DNA of 64,000 nucleotides from an uncultured Bacteroidales bacterium (GTDB lineage: Bacteria; Bacteroidota; Bacteroidia; Bacteroidales; BM520): the NCBI GenBank assembly GCA_964594665.1, contig CAZQNY010000001.1, forward strand, positions 77,030-141,029. Direction: 5' to 3'. This document shows, in pieces, positions 27,445 through 36,930 of this stretch (positions are counted from its first letter, which is position 1; each line of letters starts with the position of its first letter). A program made the position numbers and the translations under genes. Under the pieces are notes generated by a model, which saw nothing but the letters and a program-made list of their open reading frames with translations, was not told where the DNA came from and searched no databases.

Positions 27445-29151
27445 TTACTGTCTGAAATCATCCAGATCTTTTGGTTGGAAATTATTGATAAAGCTTACTG
27501 ACGAAATATTATCAGCTTTTGCTTTACGAATAAATATATCAGTGGATTTCAAATAATCCCCTCCCCTGTTTGTATCGAGCATTAACACATATCCAATAAT
27601 GATATTACCCGCCATTTCTACCAGTCGGCGCGACATGAAAGTCAGGTAATCTTCCATTTCCTGGGCATGTTCCAGAACTTTGGCAACGGTTTTTTCATAC
27701 TGAGCGGTCATCTTTTGCAGTGTCCTGCTCAGATATTCAAGTTCAGGTTTCACCGGTATTTCTGCATATTCGTGCATTTTTTTCAGGAAAGCACCATTGG
27801 TAACGCCACGAATAGCAGCAACAACCTGAAGCTGAGAAGTTCCTTCATAAATATTTGTGATACGGGCATCACGGTATATGCGTTCTACCGGGTAATCTTT
27901 CATGTAACCGGATCCGCCATGCACCTGTAATGCATCATAAGCAACCTGGTTACAATATTCTGAAGCGAACAATTTCAGCAACGGTGTAAATACATCCGCA
28001 TTTTTCTGATAATATTTCATTTCCTTCCGCTCTTCCGGCAAGAGTTTTCTTTCTTCCTGCACAAAGCCATAGGTTTTATATACATCCACCATACGACTTG
28101 TTTCATAGAGCAATGCCCGAGCGGCATCAGTTTTTACCTTCATCATGGTAATCATCTCATACACAGCAGGATATTGGATAATTGCTTTTCCAAACTGCTC
28201 GCGTTCTTTTGCATAAGCAAGCGCCTCCCTGTAGGCAGCCTCAGCAATTCCAACCGATTGGGCACCGACACCCAGACGAGCAGAGTTCATTAATGCCATG
28301 ACATATTTGATAAGCCCCAGTTTTCTGTCACCAACAAGTTCTGCCGGTGCATTTTTAAAAACAAGCTCGCATGTCGGGCTACCCTTAATTCCGAGTTTGT
28401 TTTCAATACGACGGACAGAAACAGCCTGATGGGCTTTATCGTAAACAAAAAGCGACAAACCACGGGCATCGGTTGTTCCCTCTTCGCTACGGGCGAGAAC
28501 CAGCGAAACATCAGCATCGCCATTAGTAATAAAACGTTTAACACCATTGAGAAGCCAGGTTCCTTTTTCCTCGCTGTATTCTGCCTTCAGCTGCACTGCC
28601 TGAAGGTCGGAGCCTGCATCTGGTTCTGTAAGATCCATTGCTGCTGTTGCCCCCTGATTAAACCGCGGGAGATACTTTTCCTTTATTTCGTCGGAACCAA
28701 ATTCATGCAATGTTTCAGCACAATCCTGAAGCCCCCAGATATTTGCAAAACCGGCATCCGCACGGCTTACAATTTCTGCCGACATTACATAAGGTACAAT
28801 GGAAAAGTTAAGCCCGTTGTATTTACGTGGTAAACTTAGTCCGACAACACCTGCCTGGGTGAGTTTATCATGATTTTCCTGTGTGCCTCGTGCATATTTA
28901 ACACCACTATTAATTAATTCAGGACCTTCCGCATCAACCGATTCGGCATTGGGAGCAATAGTATCGCCCGCGATTCCTCCAATAATATCCAGAACTTTTT
29001 CATAGGAATCCATTGCATCCTCATAATCCAGTGGAGCATGTGGATAAGCCTCCTTTTCAGTGTAATCATTCTCTTTCAGCCTTACAATCTTCTCCATTAG
29101 CGGGTGTTGAAGGTGAAAAAGCAGGTTTTTATTATCAGTAAAAAAATTCAT
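27445..29151 (-). CDS. Acyl-CoA dehydrogenase, long form with a C-terminal extension
   Basis: About 568 aa. ACAD-like blocks are present (TEPDAGSDLQAV, RFITNGDADV, QVHGGSGYMKDYPVERIYRDARITNIYEGTSQLQ). The first ATG is at 29151; the ORF track starts at a TTG at 29157. It sits directly upstream of etfA/etfB on the same strand. Confidence 0.85.
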   Translation of the reverse strand: MNFFTDNKNLLFHLQHPLMEKIVRLKENDYTEKEAYPHAPLDYEDAMDSYEKVLDIIGGIAGDTIAPNAESVDAEGPELINSGVKYARGTQENHDKLTQAGVVGLSLPRKYNGLNFSIVPYVMSAEIVSRADAGFANIWGLQDCAETLHEFGSDEIKEKYLPRFNQGATAAMDLTEPDAGSDLQAVQLKAEYSEEKGTWLLNGVKRFITNGDADVSLVLARSEEGTTDARGLSLFVYDKAHQAVSVRRIENKLGIKGSPTCELVFKNAPAELVGDRKLGLIKYVMALMNSARLGVGAQSVGIAEAAYREALAYAKEREQFGKAIIQYPAVYEMITMMKVKTDAARALLYETSRMVDVYKTYGFVQEERKLLPEERKEMKYYQKNADVFTPLLKLFASEYCNQVAYDALQVHGGSGYMKDYPVERIYRDARITNIYEGTSQLQVVAAIRGVTNGAFLKKMHEYAEIPVKPELEYLSRTLQKMTAQYEKTVAKVLEHAQEMEDYLTFMSRRLVEMAGNIIIGYVLMLDTNRGGDYLKSTDIFIRKAKADNISSVSFINNFQPKDLDDFRQ

Positions 29152-29175
29152 TTTCAATGGTTTTAATTCATGACA

Positions 29176-30198
29176 TTACTTGGAGTTTGCTCTAAAATAG
29201 CGAATCATCTTAGGAATAATATCTTCAGCCTTTCCAACGATGCTATAATCGGCAATTTGATTCAATGGAGCATTCGGGTCGGTATTTACAGAGATGATTT
29301 TAGCACTTTGATCCATACCGGCACGATGTTGAACAGCTCCGGAGATCCCAAAGCCAATATACAATTTGGGCCGCACTGTTACACCTGTCTGGCCCACCTG
29401 TCGTTCATGATCCACAAATCCTGCATCAACAGCCGCACGGGAAGCACCCACTTCTCCACCAAGGATACCGGCTAGTTCAAATAGTTTGTCAAAAGCCTCA
29501 CGGGAACCAACGCCATACCCTCCGGCAATGATAACAGACGATTTTTTGATATCTACTTTCGGTGGTTCTATATGACGTTCGATAATTTCAATAGCAAAAT
29601 CAGCAGGATCAACAATATCATCTACGACAAGATTTACTACCTCAGGTATGGATGGTGTTTCGGCGGGTTCATTTTTCATAACACCTTCCCTTACCGTTGC
29701 CATTTGTGGTCGGGTATCAGGATTAATGATGGTAGCAATAATGTTACCCCCAAAAGCAGGGCGAATCTGATACAACAGATTATCATATTGCGTATCACTT
29801 TTTTTATCATAATGCTCACCGTATACCAGGCTGGTACAGTCTGCTGTCAGGCCACATTTTAAATCGGAAGCAACTCGTGGAGCAAGATCACGGCCAACAG
29901 GAGACGCCCCGACAAGTGCGATTTGAGGGTCGGACTTACGGCATACATGCGCCATAATTGCAGCATGAGGCTGTGTCGTAAAAGGGAACAGCCGGTTGTC
30001 ATTGGCAACATAAACAGTTGAAACACCGTAATTTCCACATACATCAAATAACGCTTCCGTATTGATACCAATAAGCACAGCATCCAGGTGTACTTTCTGT
30101 TCTTCAGCAAGCTTTCTGCCTTTGGATAGCAGTTCAAGACTTACATCAGCAATATTACCTTCTTCGGTAATCTCACAATATACTAATATATTTTGCAT
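29176..30198 (-). CDS. etfA: Electron transfer flavoprotein subunit alpha
   Basis: 340 aa. Contains the FAD-binding C-terminal block RPKLYIGFGISGAVQHRAGMDQSAKIISVNTDPNAPL. Confidence 0.9.
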   Translation of the reverse strand: MQNILVYCEITEEGNIADVSLELLSKGRKLAEEQKVHLDAVLIGINTEALFDVCGNYGVSTVYVANDNRLFPFTTQPHAAIMAHVCRKSDPQIALVGASPVGRDLAPRVASDLKCGLTADCTSLVYGEHYDKKSDTQYDNLLYQIRPAFGGNIIATIINPDTRPQMATVREGVMKNEPAETPSIPEVVNLVVDDIVDPADFAIEIIERHIEPPKVDIKKSSVIIAGGYGVGSREAFDKLFELAGILGGEVGASRAAVDAGFVDHERQVGQTGVTVRPKLYIGFGISGAVQHRAGMDQSAKIISVNTDPNAPLNQIADYSIVGKAEDIIPKMIRYFRANSK

Positions 30199-30223
30199 AA
30201 TAAATTCGATTTAAGATAACAGG

Positions 30224-31096
30224 TTAACCCAGAACATGGCTGTCGATAAGGTCTTTCATCATTGCATCAATATCGTCATTGCTATCAGTCAACACCTTAG
30301 TTTCTTTCGCTTTAAAGACGACATTTTCAATTTTCTTAACTTTGGTAGGAGAACCGCTAAGGCCCAGTTTATCCACATCAGCGTTCACATCATCCACCGA
30401 CCACTCTTCAATAGAAAGATAAGGGCGTTGATCGAAAAGCTCGGTATAGTCACGGGTTTCTTCCTGCAATTCAGTAACGGTTCTTGCATGTTTAAACTGC
30501 ATAAGACGTTGTGCATGCCTGGGGCGGCACTCTTCAGCTGAGGCATTAACCGTTATCAGTGCCGGGAGATTACATTTCACTGTTTCAACGCCCCGTTCAA
30601 GGCGCCGTTTGACGGTAATATGTTCCGTTGTTATCTCTTCCAGATTTTCGGCATAGGTTATTTGGGGAAGATGTAGTTTCTCTGCTGTTTGAGGCCCTAC
30701 CTGAGCAGTATCTCCATCAATGGCCTGTCGCCCTGCAATAACAATATCATAAGGTTCCAGATTTCGTATTGCCATTGATAATGCATAGGATGTTGCCAGG
30801 GTATCAGAACCGGCAAAACGACGGTCTGTTAACAAGATACCTCTGTCTGCACCACGGTAAATGGCTTCACGAATTATTCCTGCTGCACGGGAGGGTCCCA
30901 TTGTCAGTACTACTATTTCTGCATCCTGAATCTGATCTTTGATTTTAAGGGCAAATTCCAGGGCATTAAGGTCTTCCGGATTATAAATCGCCGGAAGCAC
31001 CCCTCGATTTACTGTTCCATCGGCTTTCATTGCATCCTTACCCACGTTTCGTGTGTCAGGCACCTGCTTCGCCATTACAATAATTCTAAAACTCAT
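30224..31096 (-). CDS. etfB: Electron transfer flavoprotein subunit beta
   Basis: The internal ATG gives MSFRIIVMAKQVPDTRNV..., a typical EtfB N-terminus. The ORF track begins at an upstream TTG (31129). Confidence 0.9.
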   Translation of the reverse strand: MSFRIIVMAKQVPDTRNVGKDAMKADGTVNRGVLPAIYNPEDLNALEFALKIKDQIQDAEIVVLTMGPSRAAGIIREAIYRGADRGILLTDRRFAGSDTLATSYALSMAIRNLEPYDIVIAGRQAIDGDTAQVGPQTAEKLHLPQITYAENLEEITTEHITVKRRLERGVETVKCNLPALITVNASAEECRPRHAQRLMQFKHARTVTELQEETRDYTELFDQRPYLSIEEWSVDDVNADVDKLGLSGSPTKVKKIENVVFKAKETKVLTDSNDDIDAMMKDLIDSHVLG

Positions 31097-31164
31097 GCTT
31101 TCATTTTTTATGAACAGCAAAAATACCAAAACATTTTAAACTACCACGGTGAATCAATATTCAT

Positions 31165-31205
31165 AAAAAAATCCCTGATGCAGCATGAATGCATATACCA
31201 GGGAT
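31165..31205 (-). terminator. Intrinsic terminator of the 338-aa exported-protein gene
   Basis: atccctg...cagggat forms the outer stem, with an inner atgca/tgcat stem. On the minus strand it is followed by a T-run (an A6 run on +). Confidence 0.6.
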
Positions 31206-31245
31206 AATTATCAAAAACGGTATGTATGTTGTTATAAATCAGCAG

Positions 31246-32262
31246 CTAAAAGATATTAATGCATTTTGTATAACATGATTTGCCTTTAACAATTTGGATG
31301 TAAAATTTATTGTGATCCGATGAAATATCCACATTTCGCTTATACGAACCTGCCTTTAGCTTAAACTCTTCATCCAATAATGGTGTAAGATCTTCGTTGA
31401 GTAAGATTACCTTATATGTTTGATCAGGAATAACATTAAAGCTGATTCCGAGACCACTCCGGCCGCGTATTGAATTAATGCGCAGATTCATAGGGGTAAA
31501 TGTTTCTCTGCATTTCGAATAGCCCCACTCCTTAAAATATTCCCATTGTTGCTCAGTAAGGTCACTGATTTCAGTTGTCGATGCGGCATGACTATTCCCG
31601 TAGAATTTTATATCCTGTGGCATACCATGTACGAAGATATCTTTGTCGAGGTTCTTAAGAACCGAGAGATCGATGTCCATACCTTCAAGTTCTTTCGAAA
31701 AATCATCCATATTTGCTTTGATCGTCATTACAAGGCTATCACCATCCACCGTTTTCCAATAGGCCAGGTCGTCCGACATAGCATCAATGGTTACCATAAT
31801 TTCTTTTTCACATTCCTCTAAGCCATCTTCTAAATCTTCAAGGTCAGCAGTTATTTTCATGGTAATAAATTCTTCCAGATCATCAAATCGAATTTCCTTT
31901 TCTGAATCAAGCTGAATACTGATAATTTTAGGTTTTTCGCCCGTTGAATGGTCCGCTCGCAGTACTATGGCTTTTGCATCTACTTTGATATCACTTTCTG
32001 TTGTATATACAATATGATCCTCATTGCCATCTACTTCAATGTCCATAGTGATTTCAATCTCATCTTCAAGTCCCAGGCTTTCGAGAATCTCCTCAACTTC
32101 AAAATGCTCATTATGAATGGTTGTATCAAGAACCATCTTTTCACCATTTTTTATGGTTATTACTTTAATGCGAGCCTCCTTTTCATTTTCCTGAGCGATT
32201 GATATTCCAGTGAAAACCAAAAGTGAAATAGTAGTAAGAATAATTGGAAATAACTTTTTCAT
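31246..32262 (-). CDS. Exported acidic hypothetical protein, possibly with a T9SS-type C-terminal beta-sandwich
   Basis: The internal ATG gives MKKLFPIILTTISLLVFTGISIAQ. The middle is very D/E-rich. The tail YKVILLNEDLTPLLDEEFKLKAGSYKRNVDISSDHNKFYIQIV resembles T9SS sorting domains, but this is a weak call made by eye. Confidence 0.45.
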   Translation of the reverse strand: MKKLFPIILTTISLLVFTGISIAQENEKEARIKVITIKNGEKMVLDTTIHNEHFEVEEILESLGLEDEIEITMDIEVDGNEDHIVYTTESDIKVDAKAIVLRADHSTGEKPKIISIQLDSEKEIRFDDLEEFITMKITADLEDLEDGLEECEKEIMVTIDAMSDDLAYWKTVDGDSLVMTIKANMDDFSKELEGMDIDLSVLKNLDKDIFVHGMPQDIKFYGNSHAASTTEISDLTEQQWEYFKEWGYSKCRETFTPMNLRINSIRGRSGLGISFNVIPDQTYKVILLNEDLTPLLDEEFKLKAGSYKRNVDISSDHNKFYIQIVKGKSCYTKCINIF

Positions 32263-32338
32263 ACGCTTTATTTTTTTGTTACATGACAAAGCTATATGAA
32301 TCGCTCTTGTAAAACGGTTAATGGTCTGTTAAGCTCTG

Positions 32339-33235
32339 TTAATGAGTGTTAACAGGCTGTGGATCGGTGAGATATAGTCTGCCTTTCTTGATAACATCTA
32401 CTTCGCAGTCAATCAATCCTGATTTTTTAAAGACATCAGAGGAAGAAACATCAGTAACAACATCAATTGCGTGCCCCCAACAATCTTTAACCGTTAAAAC
32501 ATATTCTTTTCTGCCGTTATAGCTAATTTTAAAGTGGAAATCGCTGTATGGGAACAAGTATCTTTTTCCGGGAACATATGCGGGATTTAGCGGTTCCAGG
32601 GTAGTTTGCCCATCAGCACTCTGTTTAATGACATTACAGCGGATATGGGTATCAGCACTAATCCCATAATGCAAATAGTTTTTCGTTGGTAAAAGATGAA
32701 TTCTGTCTGCATTATCTCTTAGATAAAAACACACACCACAACCTTCCGCATCTTTTATGTCAGCTACATAAAAGGAATACACATTCCCCTCGGTAAACCA
32801 ACATTCGTCAGTATCCCGGGAATCAGAAAGATATAATTTTCCCTTTTTGATCCTTGCTATGCGAAGATCAACAGCTTCTCCAACGTTATGTTTCAGACTT
32901 ACTGTGTGTCTGAATCCCAGTTTATCTTCAACGGTAACGATAAAACAATTCTCTATATGAGAAATGCCAATAACAGGAAAAGAGCACACATCACCCACAG
33001 AATAAAACGGGTGCGGTGGTTCGAGGAATATTTTTCCCGTACAATTAATTTTGTCTACTTTACAGCGTAAAACAATTTCCGGAGCGATGTGATATTTTTT
33101 ATAATAGGAAGCATCTAGCATGTGGCGGAAACCAAAAGGATCCTCAAGAACCCAAAATTGGGAAGAATCCCCAAGAGCGACCTTTTTAATAACTCTAAAG
33201 TCGTAGTATTCACCTTGTACAAGTTTTCCTTTCAT
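32339..33235 (-). CDS. Hypothetical protein built of four tandem beta-rich modules of ~70 aa (S1/OB-like?)
   Basis: Each ~70-aa module has a similar strand-pair pattern: YDFRVIKKV..FWVLEDPFGFRHML; CSFPVIGISHIENCFIVTVEDKLGFRHTVSL; YSFYVADIKDAEGCGVCFYLRDNADRIHLLP; YLFPYSDFHFKISYNGRKEYVLTVKDCWGHAIDV. Confidence 0.45.
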   Translation of the reverse strand: MKGKLVQGEYYDFRVIKKVALGDSSQFWVLEDPFGFRHMLDASYYKKYHIAPEIVLRCKVDKINCTGKIFLEPPHPFYSVGDVCSFPVIGISHIENCFIVTVEDKLGFRHTVSLKHNVGEAVDLRIARIKKGKLYLSDSRDTDECWFTEGNVYSFYVADIKDAEGCGVCFYLRDNADRIHLLPTKNYLHYGISADTHIRCNVIKQSADGQTTLEPLNPAYVPGKRYLFPYSDFHFKISYNGRKEYVLTVKDCWGHAIDVVTDVSSSDVFKKSGLIDCEVDVIKKGRLYLTDPQPVNTH

Positions 33236-33259
33236 AGAAGCAAGGCTCCCGGCACTGGA

Positions 33260-34228
33260 TTATTCACCGAAGAGGGAGAGTACAAATTGTTCTTTATCAA
33301 ATATTTGTAAGTCTGATATTTTTTCACCGATGCCAATATATTTTACGGGAACTTTAAATTGATCAGAGATACCAATTGCGACTCCACCTTTGGCAGTACC
33401 ATCGAGTTTTGTCAGAGCCAAAGCATTGACTTCAGTCGCAGCAGTAAATTGTTTGGCTTGTTCAATCGCATTTTGACCTGTTGAAGCATCCAGAATAAGT
33501 AAAATTTCATGGGGAGCATCGGGAATAACTTTTTGCATCACCTTTTTAATCTTCGAGAGCTCATTCATGAGGTTTACTTTGTTGTGCAAGCGTCCGGCAG
33601 TATCAACAATTACCACATCAGCACCACTTGCTGTTGCAGAGCTAAGCGTATCATAAGCCACTGAAGCGGGATCAGCATCCATACCCTGGCTGACAATTTC
33701 CACCTCTGCCCTTTGCGACCAGATAATCAGCTGGTCAACAGCAGCGGCACGGAAAGTATCAGCAGCACCAAGCACAACTTTTTTACCTGCAGCTTTATAC
33801 TGGTGGGCCAGCTTGCCGATCGTTGTAGTTTTTCCAACACCATTAACACCTACCACAAGAATGACATAAGGTTTATCCTGCCTTGGGAAGTCAAACCCGG
33901 AAATAAGCTTATCGTTATCATTTTCTGCTAATAACTCAGCGATTTCTTCACGTAAAATTCTATTCAGTTCGTTTGTGCCGAGATATTTATCACGAGCCAC
34001 GCGTGCTTCAATACGTTCAATAATTTTCAGTGTTGTTTCAACCCCCACATCAGAAGTTATCAATACCTCTTCAAGGTTATCAAGCACTTCATCATCAACC
34101 TTTGATTTCCCGGCAACAGCTTTTGTAAGTTTTGAAAAAACGCTTGATTTGGTTTTTTCAAGCCCTTTATCAAGGTCTTTTTTTATTTCTTCTTTTTTAT
34201 TTTTTGAAAATACTGAAAACAGTCCCAT
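33260..34228 (-). CDS. ftsY: Signal recognition particle receptor FtsY
   Basis: The internal ATG gives MGLFSVFSK... SRP-GTPase motifs are present: VGVNGVGKTTTIGKLA, DTAGRLHNK, LTKLDGTAKGG. Confidence 0.95.
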   Translation of the reverse strand: MGLFSVFSKNKKEEIKKDLDKGLEKTKSSVFSKLTKAVAGKSKVDDEVLDNLEEVLITSDVGVETTLKIIERIEARVARDKYLGTNELNRILREEIAELLAENDNDKLISGFDFPRQDKPYVILVVGVNGVGKTTTIGKLAHQYKAAGKKVVLGAADTFRAAAVDQLIIWSQRAEVEIVSQGMDADPASVAYDTLSSATASGADVVIVDTAGRLHNKVNLMNELSKIKKVMQKVIPDAPHEILLILDASTGQNAIEQAKQFTAATEVNALALTKLDGTAKGGVAIGISDQFKVPVKYIGIGEKISDLQIFDKEQFVLSLFGE

Positions 34229-34321
34229 ATCATCAATTTTTGAATGGTAAAAATACAAAAAAAGCTTTCTTCCCTGAGAGAAAAAAGCTTTTCTTCCGAT
34301 ATCGGATATACGCGAATAAAA

Positions 34322-34477
34322 TTATTTCTTAGCCAAAAAATCCTTTACCTGATCAGAAGGTATAATTTGTTCCTTAAAAGTATAGGCACCTGTTTTGGGT
34401 GATTTTACGGAACGGATCACTTTGGCAAAATCCTTACCAGAAGAAGTTCTCAGTGTTGCAACGGTTTTCTTTGCCAT
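34322..34477 (-). CDS. DUF4295-family small protein (51 aa), missing from the ORF track
   Basis: My own translation gives MAKKTVATLRTSSGKDFAKVIRSVKSPKTGAYTFKEQIIPSDQVKDFLAKK*. It starts 8 nt downstream of rpmG, the usual Bacteroidota position for this small basic protein. Confidence 0.75.
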   Translation of the reverse strand: MAKKTVATLRTSSGKDFAKVIRSVKSPKTGAYTFKEQIIPSDQVKDFLAKK

Positions 34478-34485
34478 AATTCAGA

Positions 34486-34674
34486 TTATTTAATTTCTTT
34501 ATGAATAGTCATTTTCTTTAAAATCGGATTATACTTCTTAATCTCTAAGCGATCAGGAGTATTTTTCTTGTTCTTGGTAGTAATATACCTTGATGTACCC
34601 GGCATTCCGCTTGCTTTGTGCTCGGTACATTCCAGGATAACCTGGATTCTTGCATCTTTACTCTTCTTAGCCAT
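34486..34674 (-). CDS. rpmG: 50S ribosomal protein L33
   Basis: The internal ATG of the 121-aa ORF gives [62 protein letters not shown] (62 aa). Confidence 0.9.
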   Translation of the reverse strand: MAKKSKDARIQVILECTEHKASGMPGTSRYITTKNKKNTPDRLEIKKYNPILKKMTIHKEIK

Positions 34675-34702
34675 TTGTTTACCCTCTTTAATTTCAGGAC
34701 GG

Positions 34703-34733
34703 CAAAAGTATAAAATTTCTAAAAGGATACCAA
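34703..34733 (-). promoter_or_regulatory. Putative Bacteroidota promoter for rpmG-DUF4295(-ftsY)
   Basis: The minus strand reads TTG-N20-TActTTTG. The -7 box ends 29 nt upstream of the rpmG ATG. Confidence 0.4.
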
Positions 34734-34819
34734 ACCAACCACTAAAAAAATTATTAAAAATGAATGGTTTATAACTTTTCGCATCACCCTCTTGCACATT
34801 AATATTATCTTTACATGCT

Positions 34820-35731
34820 GTGAATGTTAAGGGATACATAAAAGGATACAAACAGTGGCTATTGCTGGAAAGGAATCTTTCACCTCAAACAATAACTTCG
34901 TATTTATCAGATTTACAATTATTTAGCGAATACATAGAAGATCACAGAACCGATAAATCAGGAAATATCACAAGTAAACAGATCCAGGACTATCTGTCGT
35001 ATTTTTCGGATAATGAGCTATCTGCTGCCACGCAGGCGCGCATGTTATCAACATTACGCAGTTTTTTTCAATATCTTCAATTGGAAGAAATTATTCGGGA
35101 AAACCCGGCAAAATTGATCGATATGCCCCGACAGACGCGAAAATTACCTGTGGTATTATCGGTTGAGGAGGTTTATCAAATACTTGATAGTATCGATCTG
35201 AGCAAACCAGGAGGTGAACGCAACAAGGCCATTCTGGAAGTACTTTACGGATGCGGCTTGCGGGTTTCAGAGCTTGTAAACCTTCACTTATCGGATTTGT
35301 TTCTTAAAAATGAATACATCCGGATCATTGGCAAAGGAAATAAAGAGCGTCTTGTCCCCATTGCAAGAGCATCATCAGCACAGTTGCAGCGCTACATTAA
35401 TCAGGTCAGGGTTCATGAAAAAATCGATCCACAATCACAAGATATCGTATTCTTAAACCGATCAGGGAAGAAACTCTCGCGGGTCTCAGTATACAATATA
35501 ATAAAAGCCTGTACGGAACAAAGTGGTGTCAGAAAAAATGTAAGCCCCCACACCTTTCGCCATAGCTTTGCCAGCCATCTTGTTGAAGGGGGGGCTAATT
35601 TGCGTGCAGTACAACAAATGCTGGGGCATGTTTCAATAACAACAACGGAAATATACACCCATATGAGCACCCGTTATCTTAGGGATGCCATTATGCATTA
35701 TCATCCTCTGGAATCCAAAGGACATCAATAG
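34820..35731 (+). CDS. xerD: Tyrosine recombinase XerD
   Basis: 303 aa with an apparent GTG start. The N-terminal SAM-like domain reads [20 protein letters not shown]. The catalytic region reads [10 protein letters not shown] and [38 protein letters not shown]. Confidence 0.85.
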   Translation: MNVKGYIKGYKQWLLLERNLSPQTITSYLSDLQLFSEYIEDHRTDKSGNITSKQIQDYLSYFSDNELSAATQARMLSTLRSFFQYLQLEEIIRENPAKLIDMPRQTRKLPVVLSVEEVYQILDSIDLSKPGGERNKAILEVLYGCGLRVSELVNLHLSDLFLKNEYIRIIGKGNKERLVPIARASSAQLQRYINQVRVHEKIDPQSQDIVFLNRSGKKLSRVSVYNIIKACTEQSGVRKNVSPHTFRHSFASHLVEGGANLRAVQQMLGHVSITTTEIYTHMSTRYLRDAIMHYHPLESKGHQ

Positions 35732-35733
35732 AA

Positions 35734-36186
35734 CTAAATGGATTCGATTTTACCTTCCTCTGTTACCAACACACCCCAATTAATGGTTGTAAGCTTATCA
35801 TTGGCATAGTAGAAGTCAATGAGTCCATCCTCAAAAGATATTCGTTGTTCTCCCCATTCTTCATCACTGGTATCAAGGTCCTCAAACCCATTTTTTTTCA
35901 TAAGGGCGACCAAATCCTGCTTACTAAGATCAAAGGCTCTCTCACCAAACAACATGCAATTTTTATTATCAGACTCTATGCATGAAAGCATAGGAGCTTC
36001 AGCACCTTCAAAAAAGATACTCAACCCCTGATCATTATAATTCAATACAGTTGTATTAAAGTCATCATCGTCCACAAGTGGTTCAACCTGAGCAGGTTTA
36101 CCAAGAATCCCGGTCATTGATTCCATTGTCATTCCAAAAGTAATATTGCCTAACCCTTTCAACGGGAGTACATTTAAGTCAATCAT
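35734..36186 (-). CDS. Acidic hypothetical protein (150 aa)
   Basis: ATG at 36186. Its stop codon is 2 nt from the xerD stop codon (convergent). I recognise no family. Confidence 0.4.
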   Translation of the reverse strand: MIDLNVLPLKGLGNITFGMTMESMTGILGKPAQVEPLVDDDDFNTTVLNYNDQGLSIFFEGAEAPMLSCIESDNKNCMLFGERAFDLSKQDLVALMKKNGFEDLDTSDEEWGEQRISFEDGLIDFYYANDKLTTINWGVLVTEEGKIESI

Positions 36187-36315
36187 TTTACAGTAATTTT
36201 ATCATTTAGGTGTTAAAGATATAGAAAAAGTGATATAGCAGACAAAATAGAGGAAAAAAAACAGGAAATTGTATCCAGGAGATATATTTCATACTTTTGA
36301 ACAGAGGAATTTAAT

Positions 36316-36768
36316 ATGTCAAAAAACAAAAAGAAAACGCTTTCGAGCACAAGATTTCCAGAGCTTCCGGAGTTTCCGGGAGGAAAAGATGCATTTAAAA
36401 AGTTTATCAGTGAAAATATGCGTTATCCCAAAGAAGCTATAAAACATAATATCGAAGGTGATGTTTATCTGAAATTTGTCATTAATGACAATGGCAGGGT
36501 TCAGGATGCATTTGTTCTGAAAGGTATAGGATATGGATGTGATGAGGAGGCTTTACGATTAATAAAACTACTCCGTTTTGGAGAAACCCGAAACCGTGGA
36601 TTCAAAATCACAGCCACAAAAAAAATAAAAATCCGATTTTCTTTAAAAAACGTAAAAAAAAGTATTCAGTACAGCTACACATCTAAACCTGTTCATAATC
36701 AAAAAAATAAGAATAATACGCCCTCCAAAGAGGCGGGTGATGTATATGAATATTCCATAGAAATTTGA
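36316..36768 (+). CDS. TonB C-terminal-domain protein (energy-transducer TonB-like; no TM seen)
   Basis: FPELPEFPGGKDAFKKFISENMRYPKEAIKHNIEGDVYLKFVINDNGRVQDAFVLKGIGYGCDEEALRLIK is the classic Bacteroidota TonB_C pattern. Confidence 0.75.
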   Translation: MSKNKKKTLSSTRFPELPEFPGGKDAFKKFISENMRYPKEAIKHNIEGDVYLKFVINDNGRVQDAFVLKGIGYGCDEEALRLIKLLRFGETRNRGFKITATKKIKIRFSLKNVKKSIQYSYTSKPVHNQKNKNNTPSKEAGDVYEYSIEI

Positions 36769-36787
36769 AAAAAATGCGCTGTAAGGG

Positions 36788-36816
36788 TTGCAGATAAAGA
36801 AAAACGATTATCTTTG
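36788..36816 (+). promoter_or_regulatory. Bacteroidota promoter for the tRNA pair
   Basis: TTG (36788-36790), an 18-nt spacer, then TAtcTTTG (36809-36816). It lies 33 nt upstream of tRNA-Thr. Confidence 0.5.
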
Positions 36817-36849
36817 CAGCCCTGAAACGGAAATGTTCTTAACAGTAAT

Positions 36850-36922
36850 GCCGATGTAGCTCAGTTGGTAGAGCAGCTGATTTGTAATCAGCCGGTCGGC
36901 GGTTCGAGTCCGTCCATCGGCT
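36850..36922 (+). tRNA. tRNA-Thr (anticodon UGU)
   Basis: I folded the cloverleaf by hand. Acceptor stem GCCGATG/CATCGGC, D arm GCTC..GAGC, anticodon stem GCTGA/TCAGC with loop TTTGTAA, T arm GGCGG-TTCGAGT-CCGTC. No CCA is encoded. Confidence 0.9.
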
Positions 36923-36930
36923 CTCTTTAC

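Noticed and set aside
34255-34310. Direct repeat AAAAAGCTTT(T)CTTCC x2 and the 12-nt palindrome TCCGATATCGGA between ftsY and the DUF4295 gene
   Set aside because: They are short, AT-rich and lie within an operon-internal spacer. They could form weak hairpins, but I cannot distinguish this from chance and no U-tract geometry fits a terminator.
34820-35731. Tyrosine recombinase as a marker of an integrated mobile element next to tRNA genes
   Set aside because: The sequence has the XerD-type N- and C-terminal motifs and sits among ribosomal-protein and ftsY genes. I found no direct repeats of the tRNA 3' ends, no excisionase and no phage or conjugation genes nearby.
36590-36670. Two A8 homopolymer tracts inside the TonB-C-domain gene as possible phase-variation switches
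   Set aside because: They encode Lys-rich linker sequence (KKIKIRFSLKNVKKS) in an AT-rich genome. Similar A/T runs are common throughout the window, and there is no alternative-frame ORF that would indicate slippage control.
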